Shown in pieces: positions 1-10,139 of a DNA stretch of 64,000 bases; within the stretch, counting starts at the first letter, position 1, and the number at the start of each line of letters is the position of its first letter. Both the position numbers and the translations under genes were made by a program. Source of the DNA: Candidatus Kapaibacterium sp. (GTDB taxonomy: Bacteria > Bacteroidota > Ignavibacteria > Kapaibacteriales > Kapaibacteriaceae); contig JBIJAX010000005.1 of assembly GCA_044345485.1 (NCBI GenBank), forward strand, positions 1,985-65,984, in the 5' to 3' direction. The notes beneath the pieces are model-generated. The model ran no database searches and had not been told where the DNA came from. It saw only the letters and a list, made by a program, of their open reading frames with translations.

Positions 1-510
1 CTGGCCGTGCTGCCGGTAGTTGACTCCTTTGTGTTTCTGTTTAGAAGCTTCGGCTTTTCGTATCAGGAAGTAGGGGTTGCCCTTATTGGCGAGAAGCTGC
101 AGAATTATGCTGTGGTGAGAAAAGTGGCAATCTGGACGGTGATCTTCACAAGTTCGTTGCTGTCCTTATTGGCCCTGACGCCGCTAATCGACGATGTTTT
201 TATCCTGATGTATGGACTTGATCAGCGTCTGGCCGATTTTGCCGTATGGCCCACGATATGCATCATACCACTGCCCGCGATTGCTGTTGCGTATTCGCTG
301 TACAGGTCGGTGCTTATCACCGGCCGACAGAACGTTAAGGTAACGATATCAACCGCCCTTGAAGTGGCAGGGATTACACTTGTGATGATCCTGCTGGTGA
401 GCTTAACGGACATGAATGGTGCTCTGGCCGGAGCAATTGCGATGTCGGCTGGACGCATAGCCTCTACACTCTATTTGAAGCTGAACGCAGGGCGTGTGCT
501 ATCGGCGTAG
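1..510 (+). CDS. C-terminal fragment of a polytopic membrane protein (MATE/Wzx/MurJ-like flippase superfamily); 5' end lies outside the window
   Basis: Frame 1 is open from nt 1 to the stop at 508-510. The translation is a series of hydrophobic helices (…WTVIFTSSLLSLLALTPLI…, …ITLVMILLVSL…). The family assignment is only a resemblance. Confidence 0.4.
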   Translation: MAVLPVVDSFVFLFRSFGFSYQEVGVALIGEKLQNYAVVRKVAIWTVIFTSSLLSLLALTPLIDDVFILMYGLDQRLADFAVWPTICIIPLPAIAVAYSLYRSVLITGRQNVKVTISTALEVAGITLVMILLVSLTDMNGALAGAIAMSAGRIASTLYLKLNAGRVLSA

Positions 511-531
511 GTTCGGTATCTTTGACGCCTT

Positions 532-2322
532 ATGGAACCGTTGATAGAAGTCCAAAACCTCGTCACAGAATTCCGTTCTGACGTCTACGACGTTAAGGCG
601 GTAAACGACGTCTCCTTTACCGTCCACAAGGGCCGCACCCTGGGTATCGTTGGTGAGTCCGGCTCTGGCAAGTCCGTAACCAGCTTGAGCTTGATGCGGC
701 TTATTCCCTCGCCCCCTGGAAAGATCACTGGCGGCAAGGCGCTCTTCCATGAAAAGGACGGCTCTGTAACGGATCTGCTGCAGATCTCAGAAGAGACCAT
801 GCGCACGTATCGCGGCAATCGGATCGCGATGATCTTTCAGGAACCGATGACGTCGCTAAATCCCGTGTTTACCTGCGGTGATCAGATCGTTGAGGCAATT
901 CGGCTTCATCAGCAAGTTTCGAAAGAAGAAGCACAGGCGCGTACGCTCCAGCTGCTCAAAGAAGTACAGCTGCCGCGTCCCGAGCAGATGATGACGTCGT
1001 ATCCGCACCAGCTCTCGGGCGGACAAAAGCAGCGGGTGATGATTGCCATGGCAATGTCGTGCAATCCAGACCTGCTCATTGCCGATGAACCAACAACAGC
1101 GCTCGACGTAACGGTTCAGGCAACGATCCTAGACCTGATGCGTGGCCTGCAGAAGCAGCATAACATGTCCATGATGTTCATCACGCATGATCTCGGCGTG
1201 ATTGCCGAGATCGCTGATGATGTGATCGTGATGTACAAGGGTAAGATCGTTGAACAGGGGACGGTGCAAGAAATCTTCGAGAACCCTCAGCACCCATATA
1301 CAAAGGGGCTGCTGGCGTGCCGTCCACGACTTGATAAGAAGCTGAAGGTTCTGCCGACCGTTCGTGATTTCATGGACGAAGCAGCGGATGGTACCATCAC
1401 CACACGGTCGCGCGACACCGTGGAGTCGCTCGTACATGAGCTTGAATTTTCGCGTCAAGAGATCGACGAGCGTAATGCAAAGCTCAAGACCATGAGCCCC
1501 TTGCTTGATGTGCGGAATCTGGAAGTACACTTTCCCATAAAAAGTGGGTTCTTTGGTCGTACGTCAGGGCACGTAAAAGCTGTAGACGACATCTCATTCT
1601 CTGTTATGCCTGGTGAAACACTTGGCCTCGTGGGTGAATCTGGCTGCGGGAAGACCACAACTGGTCGCGCCGTACTGCGTCTGGTAGAGCCTACAGGTGG
1701 CAAGGTCATGTTCGATGGCAAAGACGTACGCTCGCTTGGCACTGCTGAACTCAAGACCATGCGCAAGGATTTTCAGATCATCTTCCAAGACCCTTACTCA
1801 TCGCTGAATCCGCGTCTGAGTGTTGGCAGTGCAATCATGGAGGTGCTGAATGTTCACAACATTGGTGCTAACGAAAAGGAACGTAAAGAGCATGTTCTTT
1901 ACCTGCTGGATAAGGTTAACCTGCTACCACGGCATTTTTCGAACTATCCGCATGAATTCTCTGGTGGACAGCGTCAACGCATCTGTATCGCACGTGCATT
2001 AGCCCTGAAGCCAAAGCTGCTTATCTGCGATGAAAGCGTTAGTGCGCTAGACGTGTCAGTGCAGGCGCAGGTGCTGAATCTTCTTGTGCAGTTGCGGGAC
2101 GAATTCAATCTGACGTACATCTTTATCTCGCACGATCTGAGTGTTGTAAAGTTCATCAGCGACAGAATAGCCGTGATGAATGCGGGCAAGATTGTCGAAT
2201 TGAATACGTCGCAGGAGCTCTACGCTGCTCCGCAGCAAGAGTATACAAAGAGACTCATCAATGCGATTCCTACTGGAACACTTGATGTGATCAGAGCTCG
2301 AATGAATCAGGCACATGCATGA
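532..2322 (+). CDS. ABC transporter ATP-binding protein with duplicated ATPase domains (Dpp/Opp-type, YejF/GsiA-like)
   Basis: ATG at 532. Two Walker A motifs ([16 protein letters not shown]), two ABC signatures ([16 protein letters not shown]) and two Walker B motifs ([16 protein letters not shown]). Each half is followed by the oligopeptide-type C-terminal motif (HPYT / EYTKRL). Confidence 0.9.
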   Translation: MEPLIEVQNLVTEFRSDVYDVKAVNDVSFTVHKGRTLGIVGESGSGKSVTSLSLMRLIPSPPGKITGGKALFHEKDGSVTDLLQISEETMRTYRGNRIAMIFQEPMTSLNPVFTCGDQIVEAIRLHQQVSKEEAQARTLQLLKEVQLPRPEQMMTSYPHQLSGGQKQRVMIAMAMSCNPDLLIADEPTTALDVTVQATILDLMRGLQKQHNMSMMFITHDLGVIAEIADDVIVMYKGKIVEQGTVQEIFENPQHPYTKGLLACRPRLDKKLKVLPTVRDFMDEAADGTITTRSRDTVESLVHELEFSRQEIDERNAKLKTMSPLLDVRNLEVHFPIKSGFFGRTSGHVKAVDDISFSVMPGETLGLVGESGCGKTTTGRAVLRLVEPTGGKVMFDGKDVRSLGTAELKTMRKDFQIIFQDPYSSLNPRLSVGSAIMEVLNVHNIGANEKERKEHVLYLLDKVNLLPRHFSNYPHEFSGGQRQRICIARALALKPKLLICDESVSALDVSVQAQVLNLLVQLRDEFNLTYIFISHDLSVVKFISDRIAVMNAGKIVELNTSQELYAAPQQEYTKRLINAIPTGTLDVIRARMNQAHA

Positions 2323-3107
2323 TCGAATTACGCGACGTAAAAAAGTCATTTGGGACGAAGGTAGTTCTCAACGGCGTTACCTGCTCGGTTCCAAACGGAA
2401 AGACCACCTGCATCATTGGTCGGTCTGGTTGCGGTAAGAGTGTGCTGCTCAAGCACATTGTTGGTCTGTTACGAGCCGACTCGGGTGTTGTCTGTATAGA
2501 TGGACGCGAGCTCGAGAGCATGACAAAGGACGATTTGTTTACCATGCGCCAGTCGATCGGATACGTCTTTCAGGGGGCGGCCCTCTTTGACTCGCTCTCC
2601 GTGTTTGAGAATGTGGTGATTGGTCTGGTTGAACATGGAGTCTCAGATAAGGAACTCCTAGCTGATGAAGGCAGGCGAGTGCTGAGCGCTGTAGGTCTGC
2701 TGCCAGATTACTCGCGGAAAGGAACCGCAGACTACGAGCGGGAATTCTCAATCCTTGCATCGAAACGTCCGAGTGATCTCTCAGGTGGTATGCGTAAGCG
2801 CGTTGGTGTAGCACGCGCGCTTGTTGGCAAACCAGCATACATCTTCTATGACGAGCCAACTACTGGCCTTGATCCCGTTACGTCGCAGCAGATCGATGAT
2901 CTGTTGAAGTACGTAGCAATGAGCCTGGATGTTACATCCGTTGTTATTACGCACGATATGTTCAGCGTATACAACATTGCCGACCATGTGATTATGCTGC
3001 ACGAGGGGAAGGTGCAGTTTGATGGAACTGTAGACCAGCTGCGGGCCTCTAAAGACCCTATCGTTGTCGAGTTTTTGGAACGCTTCGAGCATACATCGGC
3101 GTTGTAA
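2319..3107 (+). CDS. ABC transporter ATP-binding protein, MlaF/Mkl-like
   Basis: ATGA overlap with the upstream gene. Walker A GRSGCGKS, signature LSGGMRKR, Walker B IFYDEPTTGLD, and a C-terminal …DPIVVEFL… as in MlaF-type ATPases. Confidence 0.8.
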   Translation: MIELRDVKKSFGTKVVLNGVTCSVPNGKTTCIIGRSGCGKSVLLKHIVGLLRADSGVVCIDGRELESMTKDDLFTMRQSIGYVFQGAALFDSLSVFENVVIGLVEHGVSDKELLADEGRRVLSAVGLLPDYSRKGTADYEREFSILASKRPSDLSGGMRKRVGVARALVGKPAYIFYDEPTTGLDPVTSQQIDDLLKYVAMSLDVTSVVITHDMFSVYNIADHVIMLHEGKVQFDGTVDQLRASKDPIVVEFLERFEHTSAL

Positions 3108-3137
3108 CGTCCTTAATCAAAACAACTTCTTTCCTGT

Positions 3138-6100
3138 ATGAGCCTATCCATACCTAGAGTGTTCACACGTCGACGCATTACCGCAGTGATGATGGCAATG
3201 TGTCTGATGCTGATATGCACGTTTGACAGCTATGCTCAGTTGACACTGAATGGCGTTGCAATTCCTGGTGTTGGATCATCAGTTGATGCATCGAAGTTTC
3301 CAGAGATCACGGTGCGATTTCGTGCCACGCTCAATGGTCAGCCCACAAATGTTGATGTTGCCGACCTGTACCTCCTTGAGATAAACGTGTTCCGTCGCGT
3401 TACCAGTCTTACTCAAGAAGGTTCGGGGATTCACACACTGCGCTTTACAACGTCTACATTTAGCACGAAGGTTAACAGCACTCCTACCGCAACGAGCGCC
3501 AACCTTGTCTTATATGCTGTTCGTTCTGGAGATGTTGGACAACTTCCGATAACATGGGATGCGTTTCCTGCGTCTCGCGGCGGCTCAATTTTTGTTGTCG
3601 ACAGTCTGTTTCGACGCGTGCCATTCTTCTTGGATCTCGGTGATGTTACACCAGGATCAGAGGTGATGCGGAAACTCAACCTCCGCACGTTCGCAGCCAC
3701 AATTGATGAGCGAGGCAACGAACGAAGATTGATGATTGATTCCCTCAAGACATCTTCTTCAAACTTTCGGATAGTGTGGAAGGGTACCTACGGAGCTAAG
3801 GCGCCCCCTGTAAGTGTCGACGCTGGCACAGACTATCGCTTTGATCTTTACTGCAAGCCATCTTCGTCTGAGCCAATCAGTGATGTGTTAACGATTGTCT
3901 ATGAAGGGGGCATGCGCCACGAGGTAATGCTCTTTGCCAATACCCCTACCTACAAGCCTACAACTATCCTGAAGCTTCTCACTCCGAACGGAGGCGAAAA
4001 TCTCGCAGCTTGTCAGGATGTAACAGTTGCATGGAAGGGGGCTATCCAGGGATTTCATGCTCACGTCGAATACTCGACCGACGGCGGTTCATCATGGAAG
4101 TTTATCGATTCCACGCTTGATTCTACTCTTCGCTGGCAGGTTCCTGTAGACTACACAGACAAGGCAAAAATCCGCGTCTATCAAAAGCAGGGCGCTTCGG
4201 GAGCACGATGGCTATATGGAGAGCGTTCACCTGCAACAAACATCGCATTCAGTGAAAACGGACGCTACCTCGCAGTTGCACATCAAAATGGAATCATCGT
4301 TGAATGGGATGTTGCTACATCAACAAAAACTGTTTCATACGTAGCAGAAGGTGTCGTGCCAGGATCAACAAAAGTTACTCGGCTTTCATACCTGGGTAAT
4401 TCACGCAGCTTGGCAGCAATTGTCGATAGGCCCGCCCCAGCGAAAGATCAACTGTTGAAGTTCGAGCTCGGAACTGCATTGCCCGTGGCAAAGGTTGATA
4501 TAGACCATCTCAATGCTGGAGAAGTCATCTCCGACAGCCTGGTTACAAAGGTCTACGTTGCTGGTACGATGAGCGCCCGCTTGCGCGTCTATGACGGCGC
4601 TACGCTTGCAGCTGCAGGTGAAGTGCTTCTTGGGGCTCCTTCATCAGCTGCGCGCTCAACCGACGGAATCCTTGTGCTGGCGCTCATCAATGGCGATGTT
4701 CTTCGATTCGATCCAAACACTGGAAAAGAGCGCTATCGTTTTCAGGCGGATCTCCCACGTATGGGTGGTCCTGCCGTGCGAGACCTGTCGGTGTCGCGCT
4801 CCAATAGATTGATCGCACTTGCAGGCGAGGCAAGCCCTGGTCTGGGTAATGCTCCTCAGGAGCAGCGCACGTTGGTCTACGACACACAGACCAATTCACT
4901 TATCCGCGTTATCTACCGAGAAGGCTCTAACGTTGTTGGTGTAACCATCAATCCGAGCGAAACATACATCACCATGGGGTTTGCCGGACAGCCTCAGATC
5001 CGGCAGTATGATGTAGTGAATAGACAGATCCTTGGTCCCATCCCAGGCATGCCTGGACATAGTCAACTCATGACAGACGTTGAGTATGGGGCTGATGGTT
5101 CCACGCTAGCATCCTGTTCTGAAGACACGCGGGACAATCTTCTGCTGAGGAGAATTATCACGCCCGAATCTGATGAGTCTGATGCAACCTTCCGCATTGT
5201 ACCGCTCGATGTTGCCACACCGCAGCTCTCGTTCGGCGTCCAGTACATTGGCGCCACGATTGATACACTGATAGGTGGTTCCATTTGCAACAATGGAATC
5301 GTTCCAGTGATCTTCGAACGTGGAGACTTGCAGATAGGTTCATGGCTAGCACTTCGTGGTACAATTCAGCGAGATACAATACGCCCTGGTGAATGCTTAC
5401 GTGTACAGTTTAGAGCTGTCCCCAAAGACACCGGTAGCCTTGCAGACACACTCGAGCTCTATGCATGCGAGCGCATCTTCCGCATTCCTATCGTGATCAC
5501 ATCGATCGATCGAAACCTGGCAACGTTTGGAGACATGACCAACTTTGGTGATGTATGCGTGCGTGATACGGCGCGGAAGACGTTTGTCATAGTTCGCAAT
5601 GACGACCCCATTCCGGTAGTAATCGATGGCATTTCGATGAGGAAGGGAATCTCTTCCCAGTATCGCGTTCGCGGATACAGGCCCGGCGATACGCTGCAGC
5701 CTGGAGAAAGCATGAGTGTGGAAGTCTTGTTTATTCCACGTCAGCGTGGACATGATACCGATCAAGTAGTGATCAGCTACGCAGGACAGAGTGCTACTGC
5801 GCGTCAGATACGAGTTCTTGGGCGTGGCGCCGGCGCAGATATTGACATCTCGCATCCGATTCTTGCCTTCATCTCCGATGTGCCTGAGCGTAGTGTTGTT
5901 TTATCCAACCGCACTGGAAATCCAATAACATTATCGGCAGCAACATTCACATCGGGTGCACCATTCACTACAAGCACGGTGTTCCCGGTTGTGATTCCGC
6001 CAGCTGACTCTCTCGTACTGCCTATCAGGCACACGGGCGGTACTATATCCGGCAGCGATGAACTTGTGTTTGAGGTAACACCGTGTGCTGCCACATCTAG

Positions 6101-6815
6101 CATTCGGCTTGTGCAGTATCAAGGCACCGCATCGGTTTGGATGAGGGATGTGCGTGTTGATCCGCGTACAGCCGCAGAGCTTCCTATTGTGGCAAACATC
6201 GCGGGTAATGTGCCGTACAAAGGGGTGCGTCCGCTCGAGCTCGTGATGCAAACCTATCAGCGCCACTTCTATGCAGACTCGCTTCGCGTGATTGGCGGTT
6301 CTGGCGAGATAGTATCGCAACGTGTTGATGGTGATGTTCGGTCTATTACGCTGCGCATGAACTCGGACTTTGCTCATCGAGAGAGCATTATTGCATACGT
6401 TATCGGACGTGCAGGAATTGCCGAGTTTGACTCATCATTGGTTACCTTCGATACAGCTGCACGTGCATTTGGTGCACAAGTTCAGACAAGCTATAAGCCC
6501 GGTTTACTGCGCATTGCCAATCCAAATCCTTACAGGCATGTCTTTGTTACCGGTGGCCCTATCGTACGATCGATTAGCCCCCTGCCAGCATTTGATGCCG
6601 CGCACGTAACGATTGAGTCGCCCATTTCACAAGACGTAACGCTGAAAGTTGTAGATCAGCAAGGGGCTATCGCATTTGAGTCAAAGAATTATGTCCAGGC
6701 AGGTGTCATGGTAGTAGATGTTGATGTGCGACAGCTTACACCAGGTGTATACACCGTTATTGCTAGTTCTGCTGCATCAACACACGCAACATCTATGGTG
6801 GTGCTTAAGCCATGA
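3138..6815 (+). CDS. Large secreted protein (1225 aa): signal peptide, BNR-like/WD40-like beta-propeller region, several ASH/choice-of-anchor-D-like Ig domains, T9SS C-terminal sorting domain
   Basis: N-terminal signal (…AVMMAMCLMLICTFDSYAQ). YSTDGGSSW Asp-box. WD-like repeats (…NGRYLAVAHQNGIIVEWDV…). Repeated FGDVxV…LxPGES…VxFxP-type modules. C-terminal …LTPGVYTVIASS…MVVLKP resembles Por_Secre_tail domains. Confidence 0.75.
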   Translation: MSLSIPRVFTRRRITAVMMAMCLMLICTFDSYAQLTLNGVAIPGVGSSVDASKFPEITVRFRATLNGQPTNVDVADLYLLEINVFRRVTSLTQEGSGIHTLRFTTSTFSTKVNSTPTATSANLVLYAVRSGDVGQLPITWDAFPASRGGSIFVVDSLFRRVPFFLDLGDVTPGSEVMRKLNLRTFAATIDERGNERRLMIDSLKTSSSNFRIVWKGTYGAKAPPVSVDAGTDYRFDLYCKPSSSEPISDVLTIVYEGGMRHEVMLFANTPTYKPTTILKLLTPNGGENLAACQDVTVAWKGAIQGFHAHVEYSTDGGSSWKFIDSTLDSTLRWQVPVDYTDKAKIRVYQKQGASGARWLYGERSPATNIAFSENGRYLAVAHQNGIIVEWDVATSTKTVSYVAEGVVPGSTKVTRLSYLGNSRSLAAIVDRPAPAKDQLLKFELGTALPVAKVDIDHLNAGEVISDSLVTKVYVAGTMSARLRVYDGATLAAAGEVLLGAPSSAARSTDGILVLALINGDVLRFDPNTGKERYRFQADLPRMGGPAVRDLSVSRSNRLIALAGEASPGLGNAPQEQRTLVYDTQTNSLIRVIYREGSNVVGVTINPSETYITMGFAGQPQIRQYDVVNRQILGPIPGMPGHSQLMTDVEYGADGSTLASCSEDTRDNLLLRRIITPESDESDATFRIVPLDVATPQLSFGVQYIGATIDTLIGGSICNNGIVPVIFERGDLQIGSWLALRGTIQRDTIRPGECLRVQFRAVPKDTGSLADTLELYACERIFRIPIVITSIDRNLATFGDMTNFGDVCVRDTARKTFVIVRNDDPIPVVIDGISMRKGISSQYRVRGYRPGDTLQPGESMSVEVLFIPRQRGHDTDQVVISYAGQSATARQIRVLGRGAGADIDISHPILAFISDVPERSVVLSNRTGNPITLSAATFTSGAPFTTSTVFPVVIPPADSLVLPIRHTGGTISGSDELVFEVTPCAATSSIRLVQYQGTASVWMRDVRVDPRTAAELPIVANIAGNVPYKGVRPLELVMQTYQRHFYADSLRVIGGSGEIVSQRVDGDVRSITLRMNSDFAHRESIIAYVIGRAGIAEFDSSLVTFDTAARAFGAQVQTSYKPGLLRIANPNPYRHVFVTGGPIVRSISPLPAFDAAHVTIESPISQDVTLKVVDQQGAIAFESKNYVQAGVMVVDVDVRQLTPGVYTVIASSAASTHATSMVVLKP

Positions 6816-8713
6816 TGATCCTTCTCTATGTATGCATTGCTGTGTTGAGCGGAGCCTCGCTTCTTGCGCATGATACAACGCTTACACGCCTGCGTGTTGG
6901 CGGCGGTATTGCTGCCGGTATCAATCAGCATACGGCTAACTTCCGCCAGCTCACGAGCTTTCCCGCCTGCTGTCCGGAGTATACGTCTGGCAGCGGTTTC
7001 CACCTCGGATACTCGCTACACATAGACTATCAGCCCGAGACGAATCTCCTTGGTATGCCCTACGCATATGGTGTGCGCGTAAGTGGTACCGGATTTTCGG
7101 GCATACTTACCGATGATGAAGAGATTGGCATGGTGATCAATGGACCAAACGTTACACGAGGTGTTGCGCGTCATACGATTGATGCAACCTTCACAACTGT
7201 TGGTGTAGAGCCATATCTCCGCGCAGAGAACATTGCAGGAACGCAGCTGTCGGCATCTGCTGGATTGTTTGCAGGATTTCCTGTCAGCTCCACGTTCAAT
7301 CAAAAAGAAGAGCTGATCGAGCCAACGGATGCCTCGTACACCTTTGAAACAGGAAGCCGTACACGGGGCATTTCGAATGGAGAGATCCCAAGTCCTGCCA
7401 GCCCCTTTGTTGCTGCAATACTTGGCGTTGGGTACATGCATGAGCTTGATGCACGGCGCACGATTGAGCCACGGATTGAGACTTTGATTGGACTAACAGA
7501 TCTGACATCTGCGGTGTCGTGGGGTGTTACATCGTTTCGTGTTGGTGTGAACGTACATTTTCGAGTTCCTAAGCCTATCGCTGCGCCTCCACCGCCACCG
7601 CCTCCACCTGTAGTGGAGAAGCCGAAGCGGGTGCCTGTTCTATCGTCTAAGCTCATGGTGCCAGAGATGACGCCTGCGTCTCTCAACGGAGTTATCCGTG
7701 TTGAGATTGTGCGGGAATACCTCGATGCAGCACCACTGCTGTTCTTTGCAAAGAACAGCACCGAAGTGCTCGGCGGCGCACAGCCTGCTCAGCGACTGCA
7801 GCAAAACGTTGCTTCTGCGATTACAGCATACATGCGTCAGCAGCCTGATGCAAAGCTTACGATCATCGGGTCGGCGTCGTACGATGAAGAACCCGCTGTA
7901 GCAAGAGAGCGGACGGCACACGTTGTGCGTCTGCTTGGTATCTCACCTGAACGACTCGAAATGCGCGTTGTGAAGCAAGCTGCAGCTGAGTACCCAGAAC
8001 TGGCAGAAGAGCATCGTAGCGTTCAGTTTCTTGTGAATGGCGTTCCGCAGATTTTCCGTGTAGATAGAACGCTCGACAGTGTAGAAACAGTGCAGACGCT
8101 TCGCATTCCTGTTGGTCATCTCGTAACATGCGATACAAGCTGCACCTCTGCTCTTACGGCTACTATTGATGGCAGACTCCTCCGAGTCGACGGTAGTGGC
8201 CCAACGTATGCTGTTGAGATCGATTCGACTGCAATACGGTCAATGCAGCAAGGCCAGTTAGTAACAATCCGCGGAACAGTTGCATTCGAATCAACAACGG
8301 CAGCGTCTGAACAGCAGATCAGTTATGCCGTGCAGCCCACGACCTCCGTTGTGGCAGTGCCTGTAGGCCAGAGCCGCGATGCAGGCACCAGCGCACCAGC
8401 TACATTGTGCTACTTTGACTTCAATGCTTCAACGATCACAAGCTTCAACGAGCAGGTCTTTGCAGCGCTTCAACAAGCAGTTGCCGATGGTAAGCGAGCT
8501 GAACTTGTTGCAACAACTGATCACTTGGGCACGGATGCCTCGAATGCTGCACTGGCAGAGCGCAGAGCTAACGCCGCAGTAGAAAAACTCCTCTCGTTGG
8601 GCATTCCAAAGGATCGAGTAACGGTAGGTACCTATCAGACCAAGGCCAACGAAAACGGAACTCCAATGGAACGCATTGCGAACCGTTCAGTGAAGATTAC
8701 CATTAGAGATTGA
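6812..8713 (+). CDS. OmpA-family outer membrane protein: N-terminal barrel-like domain, poly-proline hinge, two OmpA_C-like domains
   Basis: ATGA overlap with the upstream gene. Hydrophobic N-terminus. P8 tract at 7586-7609. Two peptidoglycan-binding-like segments (…LTIIGSASYDEEPAVARERTAHVVRLL… and …ATTDHLGTDASNAALAERRANAAVEKLLSLGIPKDRV…). Confidence 0.75.
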   Translation: MMILLYVCIAVLSGASLLAHDTTLTRLRVGGGIAAGINQHTANFRQLTSFPACCPEYTSGSGFHLGYSLHIDYQPETNLLGMPYAYGVRVSGTGFSGILTDDEEIGMVINGPNVTRGVARHTIDATFTTVGVEPYLRAENIAGTQLSASAGLFAGFPVSSTFNQKEELIEPTDASYTFETGSRTRGISNGEIPSPASPFVAAILGVGYMHELDARRTIEPRIETLIGLTDLTSAVSWGVTSFRVGVNVHFRVPKPIAAPPPPPPPPVVEKPKRVPVLSSKLMVPEMTPASLNGVIRVEIVREYLDAAPLLFFAKNSTEVLGGAQPAQRLQQNVASAITAYMRQQPDAKLTIIGSASYDEEPAVARERTAHVVRLLGISPERLEMRVVKQAAAEYPELAEEHRSVQFLVNGVPQIFRVDRTLDSVETVQTLRIPVGHLVTCDTSCTSALTATIDGRLLRVDGSGPTYAVEIDSTAIRSMQQGQLVTIRGTVAFESTTAASEQQISYAVQPTTSVVAVPVGQSRDAGTSAPATLCYFDFNASTITSFNEQVFAALQQAVADGKRAELVATTDHLGTDASNAALAERRANAAVEKLLSLGIPKDRVTVGTYQTKANENGTPMERIANRSVKITIRD

Positions 8714-8720
8714 GGTTGTA

Positions 8721-9881
8721 GTGCTAACTCGCAGTGATTTTCTTCTACGACCCGACATTACGTTTCTTAACCACGGATCATTTGGAGCATGTCCAAAGGA
8801 GCTTCTTGACGAGCAGCGTCGGTGGATTGAGCAACTTGAATCACAGCCAGTGTTGTACTTCCGCGAGCTTATGCACCACATGCGCAGCGCTCGCGAGTTA
8901 ATGGCTGCATACGTTGGTGCTCAGCCAGAGAATCTTGCTTTTGTTACGAATTCTACGTTTGGGGTAAACGTTGCAGCCCATGCCGTTGCCGAAGTGCTTC
9001 AAGCTGGTGATGAGATTCTTTCGAACGATCACGAGTATGGTGCATGCAATCGAGCATGGCGCGCTCATGCCGTAAGCAAAGGGGCAGTCTATGTTCAGGT
9101 GCACATTCCAATTCCAGTTCCTACGCAGGAAGAGTTGGTTAACATCATCTGGTCTGGGGTAACCGAGCGCACGAAAGTGCTCTTCCTGAGCCACATCACC
9201 TCTCCTACGGCCGTGCGTCTACCTGTCGAAGAGCTCTGCTCGCGTGCTCGCGAGCGAGGGATCATCACGATCATCGACGGCTCGCATGTTCCTGGACATA
9301 TACCCTTGAACCTCTCAACGTTAGGCTGTGATATCTACACTGCAAACTGTCATAAGTGGATGTGCACTCCTAAAGGCAGTGCATTCCTCTGGGTTGCAGA
9401 TGCATGGCTGAACCGGATGAAGCCCCTTGTGGTTAGTTGGGGATCCGATATCCCTACGGTAAAGGACAGTTTCTTTATCGACGAAAACGAGTTTTTAGGT
9501 ACGCGTGACCATAGCCCCTTTCTCACGATTCCCTATGCACTGAGATGGATGGAACGGAGTGCATGGCCGGATCTTCAGCAGCGCTGCAGAGACCTGACGA
9601 TGCTGGGTGTGCAGAAACTTTGCAGTCTTGAGGGCGTTGAGCCTATCTCTGATGGCGGACAAGACGCACTTCTGCAGCTGGGTACAGTGATTCTTCCGTA
9701 CAGCACAGATACAGATGCCATGAAGGTGTGGCTCTACGATGAGCGCAACATAGAGGTGGTAGTACATCGATGGCTCGATGTGCCGATCCTACGCTTCAGT
9801 GTGCATGCGCACACCACAGAGGAAGATCTGGATGCCTTGGCATCTGCAGTTGGCGAGTACTTGAGCCACGCTGTTACGTGA
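8721..9881 (+). CDS. Class V aminotransferase-fold PLP enzyme (isopenicillin-N epimerase / cysteine desulfurase-like)
   Basis: GTG start at 8721 preceded by GAGG. LNHGSFGACP N-terminus, and an HKW…PKG motif with the likely PLP lysine (ANCHKWMCTPKGSAFLW). Confidence 0.8.
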   Translation: MLTRSDFLLRPDITFLNHGSFGACPKELLDEQRRWIEQLESQPVLYFRELMHHMRSARELMAAYVGAQPENLAFVTNSTFGVNVAAHAVAEVLQAGDEILSNDHEYGACNRAWRAHAVSKGAVYVQVHIPIPVPTQEELVNIIWSGVTERTKVLFLSHITSPTAVRLPVEELCSRARERGIITIIDGSHVPGHIPLNLSTLGCDIYTANCHKWMCTPKGSAFLWVADAWLNRMKPLVVSWGSDIPTVKDSFFIDENEFLGTRDHSPFLTIPYALRWMERSAWPDLQQRCRDLTMLGVQKLCSLEGVEPISDGGQDALLQLGTVILPYSTDTDAMKVWLYDERNIEVVVHRWLDVPILRFSVHAHTTEEDLDALASAVGEYLSHAVT

Positions 9882-10077
9882 GCTTGTGTTCTCTGCGAAC
9901 CTGCGTAAGAAACTCTTCCATAAAGACTGTGGAGTCTGCTACATTCAAGCTTATCACTGCACCACCCTTGAGCTCTAACTCAATGTGCAGGGACGTGGCA
10001 TGGTAGTCGCACGTAACACGAGCATTGAGAACATCCGCCAATGCAACGCGATGTCCGTTGAATGTGAAGATCTTCAT
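9874..10077 (-). CDS. Small hypothetical protein (67 aa)
   Basis: The ATG is preceded by GGAG 8 nt upstream (CTCTGGAGCGCACCATG). It sits 62 nt downstream of upp on the same strand. No recognisable family. Confidence 0.35.
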   Translation of the reverse strand: MKIFTFNGHRVALADVLNARVTCDYHATSLHIELELKGGAVISLNVADSTVFMEEFLTQVRREHKLT

Positions 10078-10139
10078 GGTGCGCTCCAGAGAAAGTATAG
10101 GCGCAAGATCATAAGATGCCTGCCAGCGCAGACTACGGC

